From assembly GCA_963593685.1 (NCBI GenBank), contig CAVBBP010000003.1:3861-67860 (forward strand): DNA of 64,000 bases, given 5' to 3'. Shown piece by piece: positions 36,604 through 46,308 of this stretch (within the stretch, counting starts at the first letter, position 1; the number at the start of each line of letters is the position of its first letter). The notes beneath the pieces were generated by a model. The model was not told the origin of the DNA and searched no databases. It was given only the letters and a program-made list of their open reading frames with translations. The position numbers were made by a program, and so were the translations under genes. The DNA is from Segatella copri (GTDB taxonomy: Bacteria; Bacteroidota; Bacteroidia; Bacteroidales; Paludibacteraceae).

Positions 36604-38811
36604 ATGAAAAAATACGACTGGAAATTTTCGCAAGTGGGCGGTGTGCCGCGTGTTAGAATAGAAACGGGCAGCGATATTGCCCATTTGGGCGAACTCGACC
36701 AAAAAATGTGGACGGTTTTGAGTTGCCCTGTGAAAGGACTCGAAATCGACGAACGCACGCTCGAACTGATGGACAGCGACCACGACGGCAAAATTCGTGT
36801 ACACGAGGTTGTTGCTGCTTCCAAATGGCTTACTTCGGTGCTTGTCAATCCCGATTTGTTGCTGAAACAGAGCAGCACGCTGCGCCTAATCGACATCAGC
36901 CAAAAGAGCGACGACGGCAAAAAAATCTACCATTCGGCCAAAGAGATTTTGAAAAATCTTGGATTGGAGAAGGAGGAGATTAGCCTTGCCGACATCGCCG
37001 ACCGCACCGCCATTTTTGCCAAAACGCAATTCAATGGCGATGGCGTTATCACCGCACAATCGACCGACGACGAAGCCGCCCAAAACGCCATTGCCGCCTG
37101 CATTCAGACCATTGGCGCGACGCCAGACCGCAGCGGAATTGACGGCGTAACGGCCGAACAAATCGCGGCGTTTTATACCGCACTTGCCGACTATGCCGCA
37201 TGGAATGCTAGTCGTTGCGACTTGCCCTACGGCGACAATACCGAAGTCGCCTTGTCGGCCTACAATGCCTTGAAAGAGAAGATTGACGACTACTTTGTGC
37301 GCTGCAAATTGGCGGCGTTCAATGCGTCGGCATTGGCCACGCTCGATGTGTCGCTGGAGCGAATCGAAAACGCCAATGAAAAAAATCTGACCGCCTGCAT
37401 GGACGAGATTGCCGCACTGCCGTTGGCACGCATCGCTGCGGCTGGACTGCCGTGCGAAGGCGGTATCAATCCTGCGTGGGAGAGCGCATTCGCAGCACTG
37501 AAACAGTTGGTTTTCGATGTCGATTTTCCGCACGCAAAAGTCATCAGCGAGGCCGAATGGCAGCAGGTGGCCGACAAATTTGCGCCTTACATCGCTTGGA
37601 AAGCCGCCAAAAAAGGCGATGCCGTGGAGCCGCTCGGACTTGATGCTGTGACGAAACTGCTAAAACAGGACAAAAAAGCCGATTTGCTCGCTCTCGTCGA
37701 GAACGACAAGGCGTTCGAAGGCGATGCCGATGCCATCGAACTGGTGGACAAACTGCTGCACTTGTGCCGCGATTTCTACACGCTGTTGCGGAATTTTGTA
37801 ACCTTCGCCGATTTTTATGTGCGCGACACAAACAAAAAAGCCATTTTTCAGGCAGGTACGCTCTATATCGACCAACGCAGTTGCGATTTGTGCCTAAAAG
37901 TGGCAGATATGGGGCGGCACAACACAATGGCGGCCGCCAGCGGTATGTTCCTGATCTATTGCGACTGCTATTCGAAGCAAAAAGACCAAACAATGAGCAT
38001 TGTGGCGGTGATGACCAGCGGCGATGTGAACAACCTGACCGTGGGCAAAAACGCCGTTTTCTACGACCGCGATGGCCTCGACTGGGACGCCACTGTAACC
38101 AAAATTGTCGATAACCCGATAAGCATCGGGCAGGCGTTTTGGTCGCCCTACCGCAAATTTGGCAAATTCATCGAAGAGCAAATCAACAAATTTGCCGCCG
38201 AGAAAGATAACAAACTCACGGGCGAAGTTACGGGTAAAATCTCCGAATCGACCGAAAAAATGGCCACTGCCGATGTGGCCGCCACGCCGCCCGCCGACAA
38301 AAAAACGCAGGCGTTCGACATCGCCAAATTCTGTGGTATCTTTGCTGCCATCGGCATGGCGTTGGGCTATATTGGCGGATTTTTGGTGTCGTGCGTTACA
38401 GGCTTCCTCGCCCTCGCTTGGTGGCAGATGCCGCTCGCACTGATTGCTATCATGCTGCTCATTTCGGGGCCGTCGATGATTATGGCGTGGCTCAAACTGC
38501 GCCGCCGCAATCTGTCACCGCTGCTCAACGCCAACGGCTGGGCGGTGAACTCGAATGTGCCTGTGAACATACTCTTTGGTGCAACGCTCACCAAAACGGC
38601 CGCCTTCCCCAAACTCAATCTGAAAGACCCATTTGTCAAACGCGGTATGCCGACATGGCGCAAAGTGCTCTACATTGTGCTGGCTGCCATCGTAGTGCTG
38701 CTGACCGTGCTGTACTTCACCGACATGCTCGCATGCGTTGGGCTGCCATTCCACCACGCCGCCGCCGATGTTGTAGAGCAAGCGGCAATGGACAGTATTA
38801 GTAGCAAGTAG
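36604..38811 (+). CDS. large uncharacterised protein with an N-terminal EF-hand loop and C-terminal TM helices
   Basis: Canonical 12-residue loop DSDHDGKIRVHE (nt 36772..36807); hydrophobic segments FCGIFAAIGMALGYIGGFLVSCVTGFLALAWW, LALIAIMLLISGPSMIMAWL, VLYIVLAAIVVLLTVLYF; I recognise no catalytic motif. Confidence 0.7.
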   Translation: MKKYDWKFSQVGGVPRVRIETGSDIAHLGELDQKMWTVLSCPVKGLEIDERTLELMDSDHDGKIRVHEVVAASKWLTSVLVNPDLLLKQSSTLRLIDISQKSDDGKKIYHSAKEILKNLGLEKEEISLADIADRTAIFAKTQFNGDGVITAQSTDDEAAQNAIAACIQTIGATPDRSGIDGVTAEQIAAFYTALADYAAWNASRCDLPYGDNTEVALSAYNALKEKIDDYFVRCKLAAFNASALATLDVSLERIENANEKNLTACMDEIAALPLARIAAAGLPCEGGINPAWESAFAALKQLVFDVDFPHAKVISEAEWQQVADKFAPYIAWKAAKKGDAVEPLGLDAVTKLLKQDKKADLLALVENDKAFEGDADAIELVDKLLHLCRDFYTLLRNFVTFADFYVRDTNKKAIFQAGTLYIDQRSCDLCLKVADMGRHNTMAAASGMFLIYCDCYSKQKDQTMSIVAVMTSGDVNNLTVGKNAVFYDRDGLDWDATVTKIVDNPISIGQAFWSPYRKFGKFIEEQINKFAAEKDNKLTGEVTGKISESTEKMATADVAATPPADKKTQAFDIAKFCGIFAAIGMALGYIGGFLVSCVTGFLALAWWQMPLALIAIMLLISGPSMIMAWLKLRRRNLSPLLNANGWAVNSNVPVNILFGATLTKTAAFPKLNLKDPFVKRGMPTWRKVLYIVLAAIVVLLTVLYFTDMLACVGLPFHHAAADVVEQAAMDSISSK

Positions 38812-38875
38812 CAAGACGAGTGAGGAGTTAGGAGTGAGGAGTGATGCGGCGGAGTTGCAATTTCAGATTTCAAAT

Positions 38876-38947
38876 TTTATTTGATTTTTGCTCCGCTCGG
38901 CATTGCTCAAACGAGTTTGGCACTGCGCTCGCTTATCGCAAAAATTC
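38876..38947 (+). repeat. f core copy 4
   Basis: TTTTATTTGATTTTTGCTCCGCTCGGCATTGCTCAAACGAGTTTGGCACTGCGCTCGCTTATCGCAAAAATT. Confidence 0.9.
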
Positions 38948-39082
38948 AGAATTTCAGATTCCAAATTGTAGGGACGCACCGAGTGCGTCCGAACGCTTCA
39001 ACAGTTCAACAATTCAACGATTAACCAAATAACCGAATAACCAAATCAACAAATAACCAGAAACTAGAAACCAGAAATTAGA

Positions 39083-39117
39083 AAAAAATAAGGACGCACT
39101 CGGTGCGTCCTTATTTT
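39083..39117. terminator. bidirectional intrinsic terminator between convergent genes
   Basis: AAAAAAATAAGGACGCAC-TCGG-GTGCGTCCTTATTTT: the g hairpin extended to a 13-bp stem, with an A-run on one side and a T-run on the other; lies between 36604..38811(+) and pepD(-). Confidence 0.75.
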
Positions 39118-39148
39118 CTACTTTACAAACTTTATAAACTTTCTACTT

Positions 39149-40606
39149 TCAACTTTTCACTGGAATGGCTTCGAGGGTGGCGACGATGAAGCGCCAGAAG
39201 CGTTCGACGCTGGCGATGTTCACCTTTTCGTCGGGCGTGTGAGGGTGGCGCATCGTGGGACCGACCGACACCATATCCAAACGCGGCTCGGTGGCACCGA
39301 TGATACCGCACTCCAAACCAGCGTGTACCACGCGCACTACGGCTGGCTTGCCAAACTCTTTTTGATAGACATCGGCCATCGTTTTCAGTATGGGCGAGTC
39401 CATGTTTGGATTCCAGCCCGAATAGCCGCCCGAAAATTCCACTTTGGCACCAGCCAACGCAAACACGCTCTCGATCATCGAGGCGAGTTCCTCTTTTTTG
39501 CTATCGACCGAACTGCGCAGCAAGCATCTCACGCTGATGTCGGTGCTGTTGGCCACAACGATGGAGAGGTTCGTCGAGGTTTCGACCGTGTCGGGAATCT
39601 CTGGAATCATGCGGAAAACGCCATTGGGACACGCCGTTACAGCGTTCACAAAGTCGTCTTGTATCTCTTCGGGAATGAGCGCGTTGGGCAGTTCCACTTG
39701 GCGCACTTCGACAAAAATGCCGTTTTCGATGGCTTTGTATTCGTCGTTGAATGTTTCGGCGTACTCTTCGGCCAGTTTTTCAATCTCTTTTTTATTGTCG
39801 GCAGGGATTGTAATCACGGCTTTGGCTTCGCGCGGAATGGCGTTGCGCATATTGCCGCCTTCGACCGACGCCAAACGCGCTTCGTACTGCATAATCGCCT
39901 CTTTCAGAAAACGGAAGAGCAGTTTGTTGGCATTGGCGCGACCACAGTCGATTTCGAGTCCCGAATGGCCGCCTTTGAGCCCTTTTACAAGAATTTCGAG
40001 CGCAATGTCGTCGTCGGGAACGGGTGCACTGTTGAATTTCCAAGTCATATCGGCATCGAGTCCGCCAGCGCAACCGACATAGAGTTCGCCTTCGTCCTCC
40101 GAGTCCATATTCAGCAGAATATCGCCTTGCAGCAGCCCCGCTTCCATGCCGAATGCACCCACCATGCCAGTCTCTTCGTCGATGGTGAAAAACGCTTCGA
40201 TTGGACCGTGTTTCAACTCTTTGCTTTCGAGCACGGCCATGGCTGCTGCCACACCGATGCCGTCGTCAGCGCCGAGTGTAGTGCCATCGGCTGTAACCCA
40301 ATCGCCGTCGATGTAGGCTGTGATGGGGTCTTTGACAAAATCGTGCTGTTTGTCGCTATTTTTTTGCGGCACCATGTCGAGGTGTGCTTGCAGCACCACT
40401 GGCGTGCGGTTTTCCATGCCGGGCGTGGCAGGTTTGCGTATCAGCACGCTGCCCGTCTTATCGACAATGGTTTCCAAACCAAGCGCATGGCCAAAATCGA
40501 CCATAAATTTCGTTACTGCCTCCATGTGGTGCGACGGACGCGGCACTTGCGTCAGTTTGTAGAAGTTGCTCCACAGGGCTTTCGGTGCCAATTCTCGAAT
40601 TTCCAT
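39149..40606 (-). CDS. pepD: aminoacyl-histidine dipeptidase (M20 family)
   Basis: MEIRELAPKALWSNFYKLTQVPRPSHHME start typical of PepD; HLDMV, GADDGIGVA, DEETGM metal ligand contexts; ATG 40606 preferred to the track start 40693. Confidence 0.85.
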   Translation of the reverse strand: MEIRELAPKALWSNFYKLTQVPRPSHHMEAVTKFMVDFGHALGLETIVDKTGSVLIRKPATPGMENRTPVVLQAHLDMVPQKNSDKQHDFVKDPITAYIDGDWVTADGTTLGADDGIGVAAAMAVLESKELKHGPIEAFFTIDEETGMVGAFGMEAGLLQGDILLNMDSEDEGELYVGCAGGLDADMTWKFNSAPVPDDDIALEILVKGLKGGHSGLEIDCGRANANKLLFRFLKEAIMQYEARLASVEGGNMRNAIPREAKAVITIPADNKKEIEKLAEEYAETFNDEYKAIENGIFVEVRQVELPNALIPEEIQDDFVNAVTACPNGVFRMIPEIPDTVETSTNLSIVVANSTDISVRCLLRSSVDSKKEELASMIESVFALAGAKVEFSGGYSGWNPNMDSPILKTMADVYQKEFGKPAVVRVVHAGLECGIIGATEPRLDMVSVGPTMRHPHTPDEKVNIASVERFWRFIVATLEAIPVKS

Positions 40607-40639
40607 AGTTTGTTCTCTTTTTTTTGACTGATTACAGCG

Positions 40640-40647
40640 CAAAGGTA
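40640..40647 (-). promoter_or_regulatory. -7 box TACCTTTG for pepD
   Basis: CAAAGGTA on +, 34 nt upstream of ATG 40606. Confidence 0.55.
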
Positions 40648-40700
40648 GTAAAAAAAGAGAAATCGGCGCGCATTTTATCGATATTTTTTGCAAAAAAATG

Positions 40701-41936
40701 CTAATTCACCGCAATTTTGTGCGTGTGGTTGCCGATTTTTACCAGATAAATGCCCGCATTTGGTAGTGTAAATATCTGATTATCAACTTGTATTTCGCTG
40801 CTGACGATTGCGCCGTTGGCGTTGTAGATGGTCAGTGGTGCGCCGTTGGCTTGCGCTATGCTGATTTGGCGACCGTGAACGGCAATTTGTGGCGATGCAG
40901 TGCTGGCTTCGAGCGCAGTGGGCGTGCGTCCATCGATGATTTGAGTGGCGTAGTAACCCACCATGCCGTGTGTAGTGGCACCAGCCACAATGTTGAGCGC
41001 ACTGCGGTTGAGTATGGTTGCCAAACGGGTGCAGCCACGAAACGCATAATCGTCAATCGATTGCAGCGTTGTTGGCAGTTCGAGCGCATAGAGAGCCGTA
41101 TTTTCGAATGCGCTGCGCCCGATGGTTTTCAAACATTTGCCCAGATAGAGCAACGACAAATCGCTACAGCCGTCGAATGCGTTTGCGCCAATTGATTCGA
41201 GTTGCGTGTTTTGAAAATTGACGATTTGCAGATAGACACACTCGGTGAATGCGTTGCGTTCGATGGTTTTCAAACCTGTGCCAAAATTGACTTCGGCCAG
41301 TGCTGAACATTTCTGAAATGCGCCATCTTTTATGGTAACAACACTATTTGGCAGCGTTACGCTCGAAATAAGTGTGTTGTATTGGAATGCTGTACTCGAA
41401 ATTTCTGTCAATCCATCGGGCAGTGTAATGTTGCCTTCGAGTGAACGCGGTACGAAAAAAATCGCCAGCGGCGAACGCTCGTACATAATGCCGTCTTGTG
41501 AAACAAATTTTGGATTGGCTGCATCGACAACAATGCTGCTCAACGCATTGCATAGCGTGAAAGTGCCATCACCAAAAGTTACAAGCGTTGCAGGAATGGT
41601 GAGCGAAGTCATCAGTTCGCTGCCATAAAACACATTGTTGCTAGCAGCGGTAACGGTATAGGTTGTGCCGTCGTAGTCGAAAGTTGCAGGAATTACAACA
41701 TCGCCCACATAAAGATCCGACGGACCATTGGTGCCGTACATATCTTGGTACACTTGGTAGTAGTAGTAACTCCAACCGTTGTCTGGGCTGGTTTGGCTGG
41801 CGTGTTGGCGGCAGACGACGGTGGCAGTTTTGGCCGTTTCGTCGATGCGGTAGTGAATGTCGTTTACCGTGATGTACTGCGTGGCACTGGCATGCAACAG
41901 CAGCAGAGTGAGCAGGGTAGTGGCAAATGTTCTCAT
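40701..41936 (-). CDS. BspA-type leucine-rich-repeat surface protein with T9SS C-terminal sorting domain
   Basis: Signal peptide MRTFATTLLTLLLLHASA; repeated I...AF..C..L..I.LP units; tail AGIYLVKIGNHTHKIAVN; ATG 41936 preferred. Confidence 0.75.
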   Translation of the reverse strand: MRTFATTLLTLLLLHASATQYITVNDIHYRIDETAKTATVVCRQHASQTSPDNGWSYYYYQVYQDMYGTNGPSDLYVGDVVIPATFDYDGTTYTVTAASNNVFYGSELMTSLTIPATLVTFGDGTFTLCNALSSIVVDAANPKFVSQDGIMYERSPLAIFFVPRSLEGNITLPDGLTEISSTAFQYNTLISSVTLPNSVVTIKDGAFQKCSALAEVNFGTGLKTIERNAFTECVYLQIVNFQNTQLESIGANAFDGCSDLSLLYLGKCLKTIGRSAFENTALYALELPTTLQSIDDYAFRGCTRLATILNRSALNIVAGATTHGMVGYYATQIIDGRTPTALEASTASPQIAVHGRQISIAQANGAPLTIYNANGAIVSSEIQVDNQIFTLPNAGIYLVKIGNHTHKIAVN

Positions 41937-41961
41937 AGCGGTCGGTGTTTTTGATTTTGGA

Positions 41962-41969
41962 CAAAAGTA
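41962..41969 (-). promoter_or_regulatory. -7 box TACTTTTG for the LRR protein gene
   Basis: CAAAAGTA on +, 26 nt upstream of ATG 41936. Confidence 0.5.
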
Positions 41970-42043
41970 GGCATAATTTCTTGCCCGACCAAGCCGCACC
42001 GTAATTTTTAACTAACAAAAAGGAATTTTAACTTTAGTTGTGT

Positions 42044-42358
42044 GATTATTTGAAAATTTGAAGATTGCGGCGTTTCAACAGAAAGGACGTGGCATGCCGC
42101 GTCCCTACAACCTGAAACTTGAAACAGTGCGCAGTGCGAGAATTTTTGCGATAAGCGAGTGCAGTGCCAAACTCGTTTGAGCAATGCCGAGCGGAGCAAA
42201 AATCTTGCGAAGCAAAAACATAGAAACAAAAATTGCGTCAGCAATTTTGAGAAACCAAAAATAAACCTCACAGACCCTTATTGATGCGTTAAACTTATCA
42301 ACTTATCAACTCATCAACTGATCAACCAACTTTTCAACACTTTTTTACTTTCAACAAA
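42044..42358. repeat. mosaic repeat block (t-g variant-u-j-f reversed-j-k-q-m)
   Basis: TTTGAAAATTTGAAGATTG; palindrome GGACGTGGCATGCCGCGTCC 42085..42104; reversed f core; AAAATTGCGTCAGCAATTTT; AAATAAACCTCACAGACCCTTATTGATGCGTTAAAC plus CAAC words. Confidence 0.9.
42140..42204 (-). repeat. f core copy 5
   Basis: GAATTTTTGCGATAAGCGAGTGCAGTGCCAAACTCGTTTGAGCAATGCCGAGCGGAGCAAAAATC. Confidence 0.9.
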
Positions 42359-42364
42359 AATTCG

Positions 42365-42372
42365 TATCTTTG
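42365..42372 (+). promoter_or_regulatory. -7 box TATCTTTG for the amidase gene
   Basis: CGTATCTTTGCAAG, 45 nt upstream of ATG 42417. Confidence 0.55.
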
Positions 42373-42416
42373 CAAGTTGTTATATGGGTTAGTATCTGAT
42401 TTTGCTTGATTGAGAG

Positions 42417-43604
42417 ATGAAACGCTTTGTGCATTTGTTGCTTTTTTGTGCTGCTGCGCTTGTGGCTGTGGCCAAGCCGTTCACTGTGGTGATCGATGCG
42501 GGGCATGGCGGCAAAGACCCTGGCGCACTAGGCGCACGCGGGCGCGAAAAGGACATCAATCTGAGTGTGGCACTCAAATTTGGCCGCTTGGTGAACGAAA
42601 ATATGCCCACAGTGAAAGTGGTTTACACGCGCGACAAAGATGTGTTTGTGCCGCTGCAAGACCGCTGCACGATAGCCAACAAAGCCAACGGCGACCTCTT
42701 TGTTTCGATCCATGTGAACGCCTCGAAATCGAGTGCAGCCTACGGAGTCGAAACCTACACCATCGGTCTGTCGAAATCGGATGCCAACTTCGAGGTGGCG
42801 AAGCGCGAAAACTCGGTGATTCTGCTCGAAGATGGCTACAAAGAGCGTTACCAAGGCTTCGACCCACGCTCGCCCGAATCGTACATCATGTTCGAGTTTA
42901 TGCAGTCGAAATTTAGCGACCAAAGCATCGAAATGGCGGCCTACACGCAGGACGAATTCATCGAAATGAAACGCTACAACCGCGGCGTGCGGCAGGAGAA
43001 TTTTTGGGTGTTGCACCAGACCAAAATGCCGAGCGTGCTGATTGAGTTGGGCTTCATCTCGAACCGCGAAGAGGAGAAATATCTGCTCTCCGACAAGGGT
43101 CAGCAAGAGTTGGCACTCTCCATTTTTCGCGCTTTCGAACGCTACAAACACGAGTACGACCGCAAAAATACCGTGTCGGTGGTGGAGCGCCCTGCCGACG
43201 ATGCGCCTGTGAAACCAACCACGCCCGCCAAGCCCGAAAAGACGACAAAGCCCGAAAAATCAGAAAAAACAGAAAAAACAACGCCCAAAACCAAAACTGA
43301 ATCGGCATCAGCACTGTCGGTGGAGTACGAAAAAGGCGTTAAAGCCATCTACAAACTGCAAATTTTCACCACAAGCCAAAAAATCGACGACTCGTCGGAC
43401 GCGCGCTTCAAAGGGCTGGCGTGCGACTACTACGAAGAGGACGGCATGTTCAAATACACGCACGGCGCCAACGCAAATTTGGGCTTGATGTTGAAATTGA
43501 AAGCCGAAATCAAAGGCAAATTTCCGCAAGCCTTTTTGGTGGCATTCTACAAAGGCAAAAAAATAACGCTGCAAGAGGCAAAAGAGATAAATTCGCGGCG
43601 ATAA
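42417..43604 (+). CDS. N-acetylmuramoyl-L-alanine amidase (Amidase_3) with C-terminal SPOR-like domain
   Basis: VVIDAGHGGKDPGA, SIHVNA, ELGFISN; Pro/Lys/Thr-rich linker; C-terminal YKLQIFTT...FLVAFYKGKKITLQEA. Confidence 0.85.
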   Translation: MKRFVHLLLFCAAALVAVAKPFTVVIDAGHGGKDPGALGARGREKDINLSVALKFGRLVNENMPTVKVVYTRDKDVFVPLQDRCTIANKANGDLFVSIHVNASKSSAAYGVETYTIGLSKSDANFEVAKRENSVILLEDGYKERYQGFDPRSPESYIMFEFMQSKFSDQSIEMAAYTQDEFIEMKRYNRGVRQENFWVLHQTKMPSVLIELGFISNREEEKYLLSDKGQQELALSIFRAFERYKHEYDRKNTVSVVERPADDAPVKPTTPAKPEKTTKPEKSEKTEKTTPKTKTESASALSVEYEKGVKAIYKLQIFTTSQKIDDSSDARFKGLACDYYEEDGMFKYTHGANANLGLMLKLKAEIKGKFPQAFLVAFYKGKKITLQEAKEINSRR

Positions 43605-43647
43605 CCGCACAAAAATTGGCATACACCCTATAAAAAAGGTTTTCTCT

Positions 43648-44553
43648 ATGAAAAAGATATTTACGCGCGAAGTGAAAATCGGATTGTCGTTCATCGTGAC
43701 AATCGTCTGCATTGTGGTGGGCATCAACTACTTGAAAGGCATCAATGTGTTTGCGCCGAGCAACCACTACTACGCCAAATTCGACCGATTGGACGGTCTT
43801 GTGGTGTCGAACAATGTGATGGTGCGCGGCTACAAAGTGGGGCAGGTGAGCCATATCGCCTACGATTTTACCTGCGAACACCCGTTCACAATTACCATTC
43901 TTGTCGATGACGAAGTGCGCCTGCCGCTCGGGTCGAAACTCGTTTTGTGCGACGATGGTCTGCTGGGCGGCAAGGTGATAGATGTGCGCTACGGCACCGA
44001 CACGCAGTTTTACGCTTCGGGCGACACCGTTTCGTCCGACATCGATGCGGGGCTGATGGCGACCGTTGCCACGCTGGTGCCGAAACTCGAAGGCACTATC
44101 GAGCGCGTCGATTCGGTGCTCGAATCGGTACACCGCATCACCTCGTCGAAAGAGTTGAAAAACAGCCTCCGCTCGATAGAAACGGCCGCCGCCGACCTGA
44201 AAACCTCGTCGGCACAACTCAAACGCCTGATGAACACGCAAGTGCCAAAAATTGTGGACGATGTGAATGTCATCACTGGCGACCTGAAAAAGGTCTCAGG
44301 CGACCTGAAACAGGTGGAATTTGCCGCCCTCTTTGCGCGCATCGACCACACGGTGAACAATCTGCAACTCTTCTCCGACAAACTCAACTCGAGCGAAGGT
44401 ACCATCGGCAAACTGATGAACGACAACGGCCTTTACGACAATATCAACACCACCGTTACAAGTGTGAACGATTTGGTCATCGATCTGAAGGCCAATCCGA
44501 AGCGTTATGTGCATTTTTCGCTCTTCGGTGCCAAGGAAAAGAAGAAAAAATAG
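43648..44553 (+). CDS. MlaD/MCE family protein
   Basis: N-terminal TM helix, MCE-like beta-barrel segment VMVRGYKVGQVSHIAYD, coiled C-terminus. Confidence 0.7.
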   Translation: MKKIFTREVKIGLSFIVTIVCIVVGINYLKGINVFAPSNHYYAKFDRLDGLVVSNNVMVRGYKVGQVSHIAYDFTCEHPFTITILVDDEVRLPLGSKLVLCDDGLLGGKVIDVRYGTDTQFYASGDTVSSDIDAGLMATVATLVPKLEGTIERVDSVLESVHRITSSKELKNSLRSIETAAADLKTSSAQLKRLMNTQVPKIVDDVNVITGDLKKVSGDLKQVEFAALFARIDHTVNNLQLFSDKLNSSEGTIGKLMNDNGLYDNINTTVTSVNDLVIDLKANPKRYVHFSLFGAKEKKKK

Positions 44554-44571
44554 CGACGATTTTAGCGCATT

Positions 44572-44596
44572 CTTATTTAGACTGAATCTAAATAAG
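44572..44596 (+). other. AT-rich perfect 9-bp hairpin after the MlaD gene
   Basis: CTTATTTAG-ACTGAAT-CTAAATAAG; followed by an A-run rather than a T-run, so terminator function is doubtful. Confidence 0.3.
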
Positions 44597-44842
44597 CAAA
44601 AAAATGAAATAAATTTCGACTATAAAATCGTAACTCTCGAACCGCCCAAATTTCAAGCAGTTCGGGAGTTTTTTGTTCGCCGCGCGATGAATCGAAACGA
44701 AAAAATAAGTTGCTGTTAATCAGACAGTTGCGCCTAAAACGCTGAAAGTCAGAAGCCCGTCCGACCGTTTGAAAATCAAAGTGTTATAAATGTGAATTTT
44801 TCCCAAAAAATCTGACCATTTTTTTGTTTGAAAAAAGAGTGC

Positions 44843-44850
44843 GACCTTTG
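44843..44850 (+). promoter_or_regulatory. -7-like box GACCTTTG for dnaA (non-canonical first base)
   Basis: GCGACCTTTGCAG has the same context as the TACCTTTGCAG boxes elsewhere; 70 nt upstream of the ATG. Confidence 0.35.
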
Positions 44851-44862
44851 CAGCAGAAAAAT

Positions 44863-44871
44863 TGTTGATAA
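44863..44871 (+). promoter_or_regulatory. single DnaA-box-like 9-mer in the dnaA leader
   Basis: TGTTGATAA matches TGTGGATAA at 8 of 9 positions; isolated, with no cluster. Confidence 0.25.
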
Positions 44872-44919
44872 AATTTCAAAAAAGATATAAACAACCAAAC
44901 ACTACATTTTTTTAGGACG

Positions 44920-46308
44920 ATGATGACACCCCAAGAGTTGTGGAACAGATGTTTGAAGGTAATCAAGGACAACATACCCGATGCCGCCTATGCGACATGG
45001 TTTGAACCGATTGTCCCGCTGAAGTACGAAAACGGCGAGTTTGTGCTGCAAGTGCCGAGCATGTTTTTCTACGAATATATCGAAGAGAAATTTGCCGAAC
45101 TGCTGCGCGTAACGCTCTACCGCGAGGTGGGGCAGGGCACAAAACTGCTCTACCAAATCCGTGTGGACAAAGCCTCGACCACAACGCTTCCGTCGGCCAG
45201 CCAAAATGCTGTAGAAACCGTGCCAGAACAGGTGCGCTCCATCATCAACGACCCGTTCCAGCGCGTGGTGCAAAAGGAGATTGACCCACAGTTGAACGCC
45301 GCCTACAGTTTCAACACCTACATCGAGGGGGCGAGCAACAAACTGGCGCGCGCCGCTGGCGTGAGCATCGCCAACGAACCGGGCAAAACCATCTTCAACC
45401 CGTTGTTTCTTTACGGAAAATCGGGCGTGGGCAAAACGCACTTGGTAAACGCCATCGGCATCATGGCCAAGCAACTCTATCCCGAAAAACGCGTGCTGTA
45501 TGTCTCGGCAAATCTGTTCCAAATTCAATACACCGACGCTGTGCGCCGCAACGAGCAGAACGATTTTCTGAACTTTTACAGCAATATCGATGTGCTGATT
45601 TTGGACGATATTCACGAGTTTATGGACAAGGTGGGCACGCAGAAGACATTCTTCAACATATTCAACCACCTGCACCAAAACGGCAAGCAGATAATCATGA
45701 CTTGCGACCGTGCGCCGGGCTCGCTCGAAGGCATGGAAGAACGGCTGCTCACACGCTTCAAATGGGGCTTGAGTGCCGAAATAGAGATGCCCGATTTCGA
45801 ACTGCGCAAAGCCATTCTGAAGAGCAAAATATACAAAGACGGACTCGAAGTGCCCGAAGAGGTGATCGACTATATCGCCGAAAATGTAACCGACAGCGTG
45901 CGCAACCTCGAAGGCGTGCTGGTGTCGCTGCTGGCGCACGCCACGCTCACCGACGAAGATATCGACCTTGCTTTGGCCGAAAAAGTTGTGGGCAAAGTGG
46001 TGGCTCCCGCCAACAATGTCATTTCGGTGGAGAAAATCAGAGATATGGTGTGCGACTATTTTGCGCTGCCGCTCGAAGCGTTCATGTCGAAAACACGCAA
46101 ACGCGAAATCGCTACGGCGCGGCAGGTGGCGATGTACCTGTCGAAACAGTACACCAAAAGTTCGCTCTCGGCCATCGGCAAACTGATTGGCGGCCGCGAC
46201 CACGCCACCGTGCTCCACGCTTGCGGCGTAGTGAACGACCTGATGGACACCGACAAAAGTTTCCGCATGAGCGTAAAAGAACTCGAACAACAACTGCTGA
46301 AGAATTAG
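44920..46308 (+). CDS. dnaA: chromosomal replication initiator protein DnaA
   Basis: NPLFLYGKSGVGKTHL Walker A, LILDDIH, C-terminal HTH DHATVLHA; 462 aa. Confidence 0.97.
   Translation: MMTPQELWNRCLKVIKDNIPDAAYATWFEPIVPLKYENGEFVLQVPSMFFYEYIEEKFAELLRVTLYREVGQGTKLLYQIRVDKASTTTLPSASQNAVETVPEQVRSIINDPFQRVVQKEIDPQLNAAYSFNTYIEGASNKLARAAGVSIANEPGKTIFNPLFLYGKSGVGKTHLVNAIGIMAKQLYPEKRVLYVSANLFQIQYTDAVRRNEQNDFLNFYSNIDVLILDDIHEFMDKVGTQKTFFNIFNHLHQNGKQIIMTCDRAPGSLEGMEERLLTRFKWGLSAEIEMPDFELRKAILKSKIYKDGLEVPEEVIDYIAENVTDSVRNLEGVLVSLLAHATLTDEDIDLALAEKVVGKVVAPANNVISVEKIRDMVCDYFALPLEAFMSKTRKREIATARQVAMYLSKQYTKSSLSAIGKLIGGRDHATVLHACGVVNDLMDTDKSFRMSVKELEQQLLKN

Larger units (their letters stand above)
38798..39148 (+). 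repeat. mosaic repeat block, colinear with 2728..3113 (a-b-d-e-f-e-g-h-i-l-terminator-m)
   Basis: TTAGTAGCAAGTAGCAAG covers the stop codon; g hairpin 38972..38990; a second, inverted g hairpin at 39092..39110. Confidence 0.9.
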
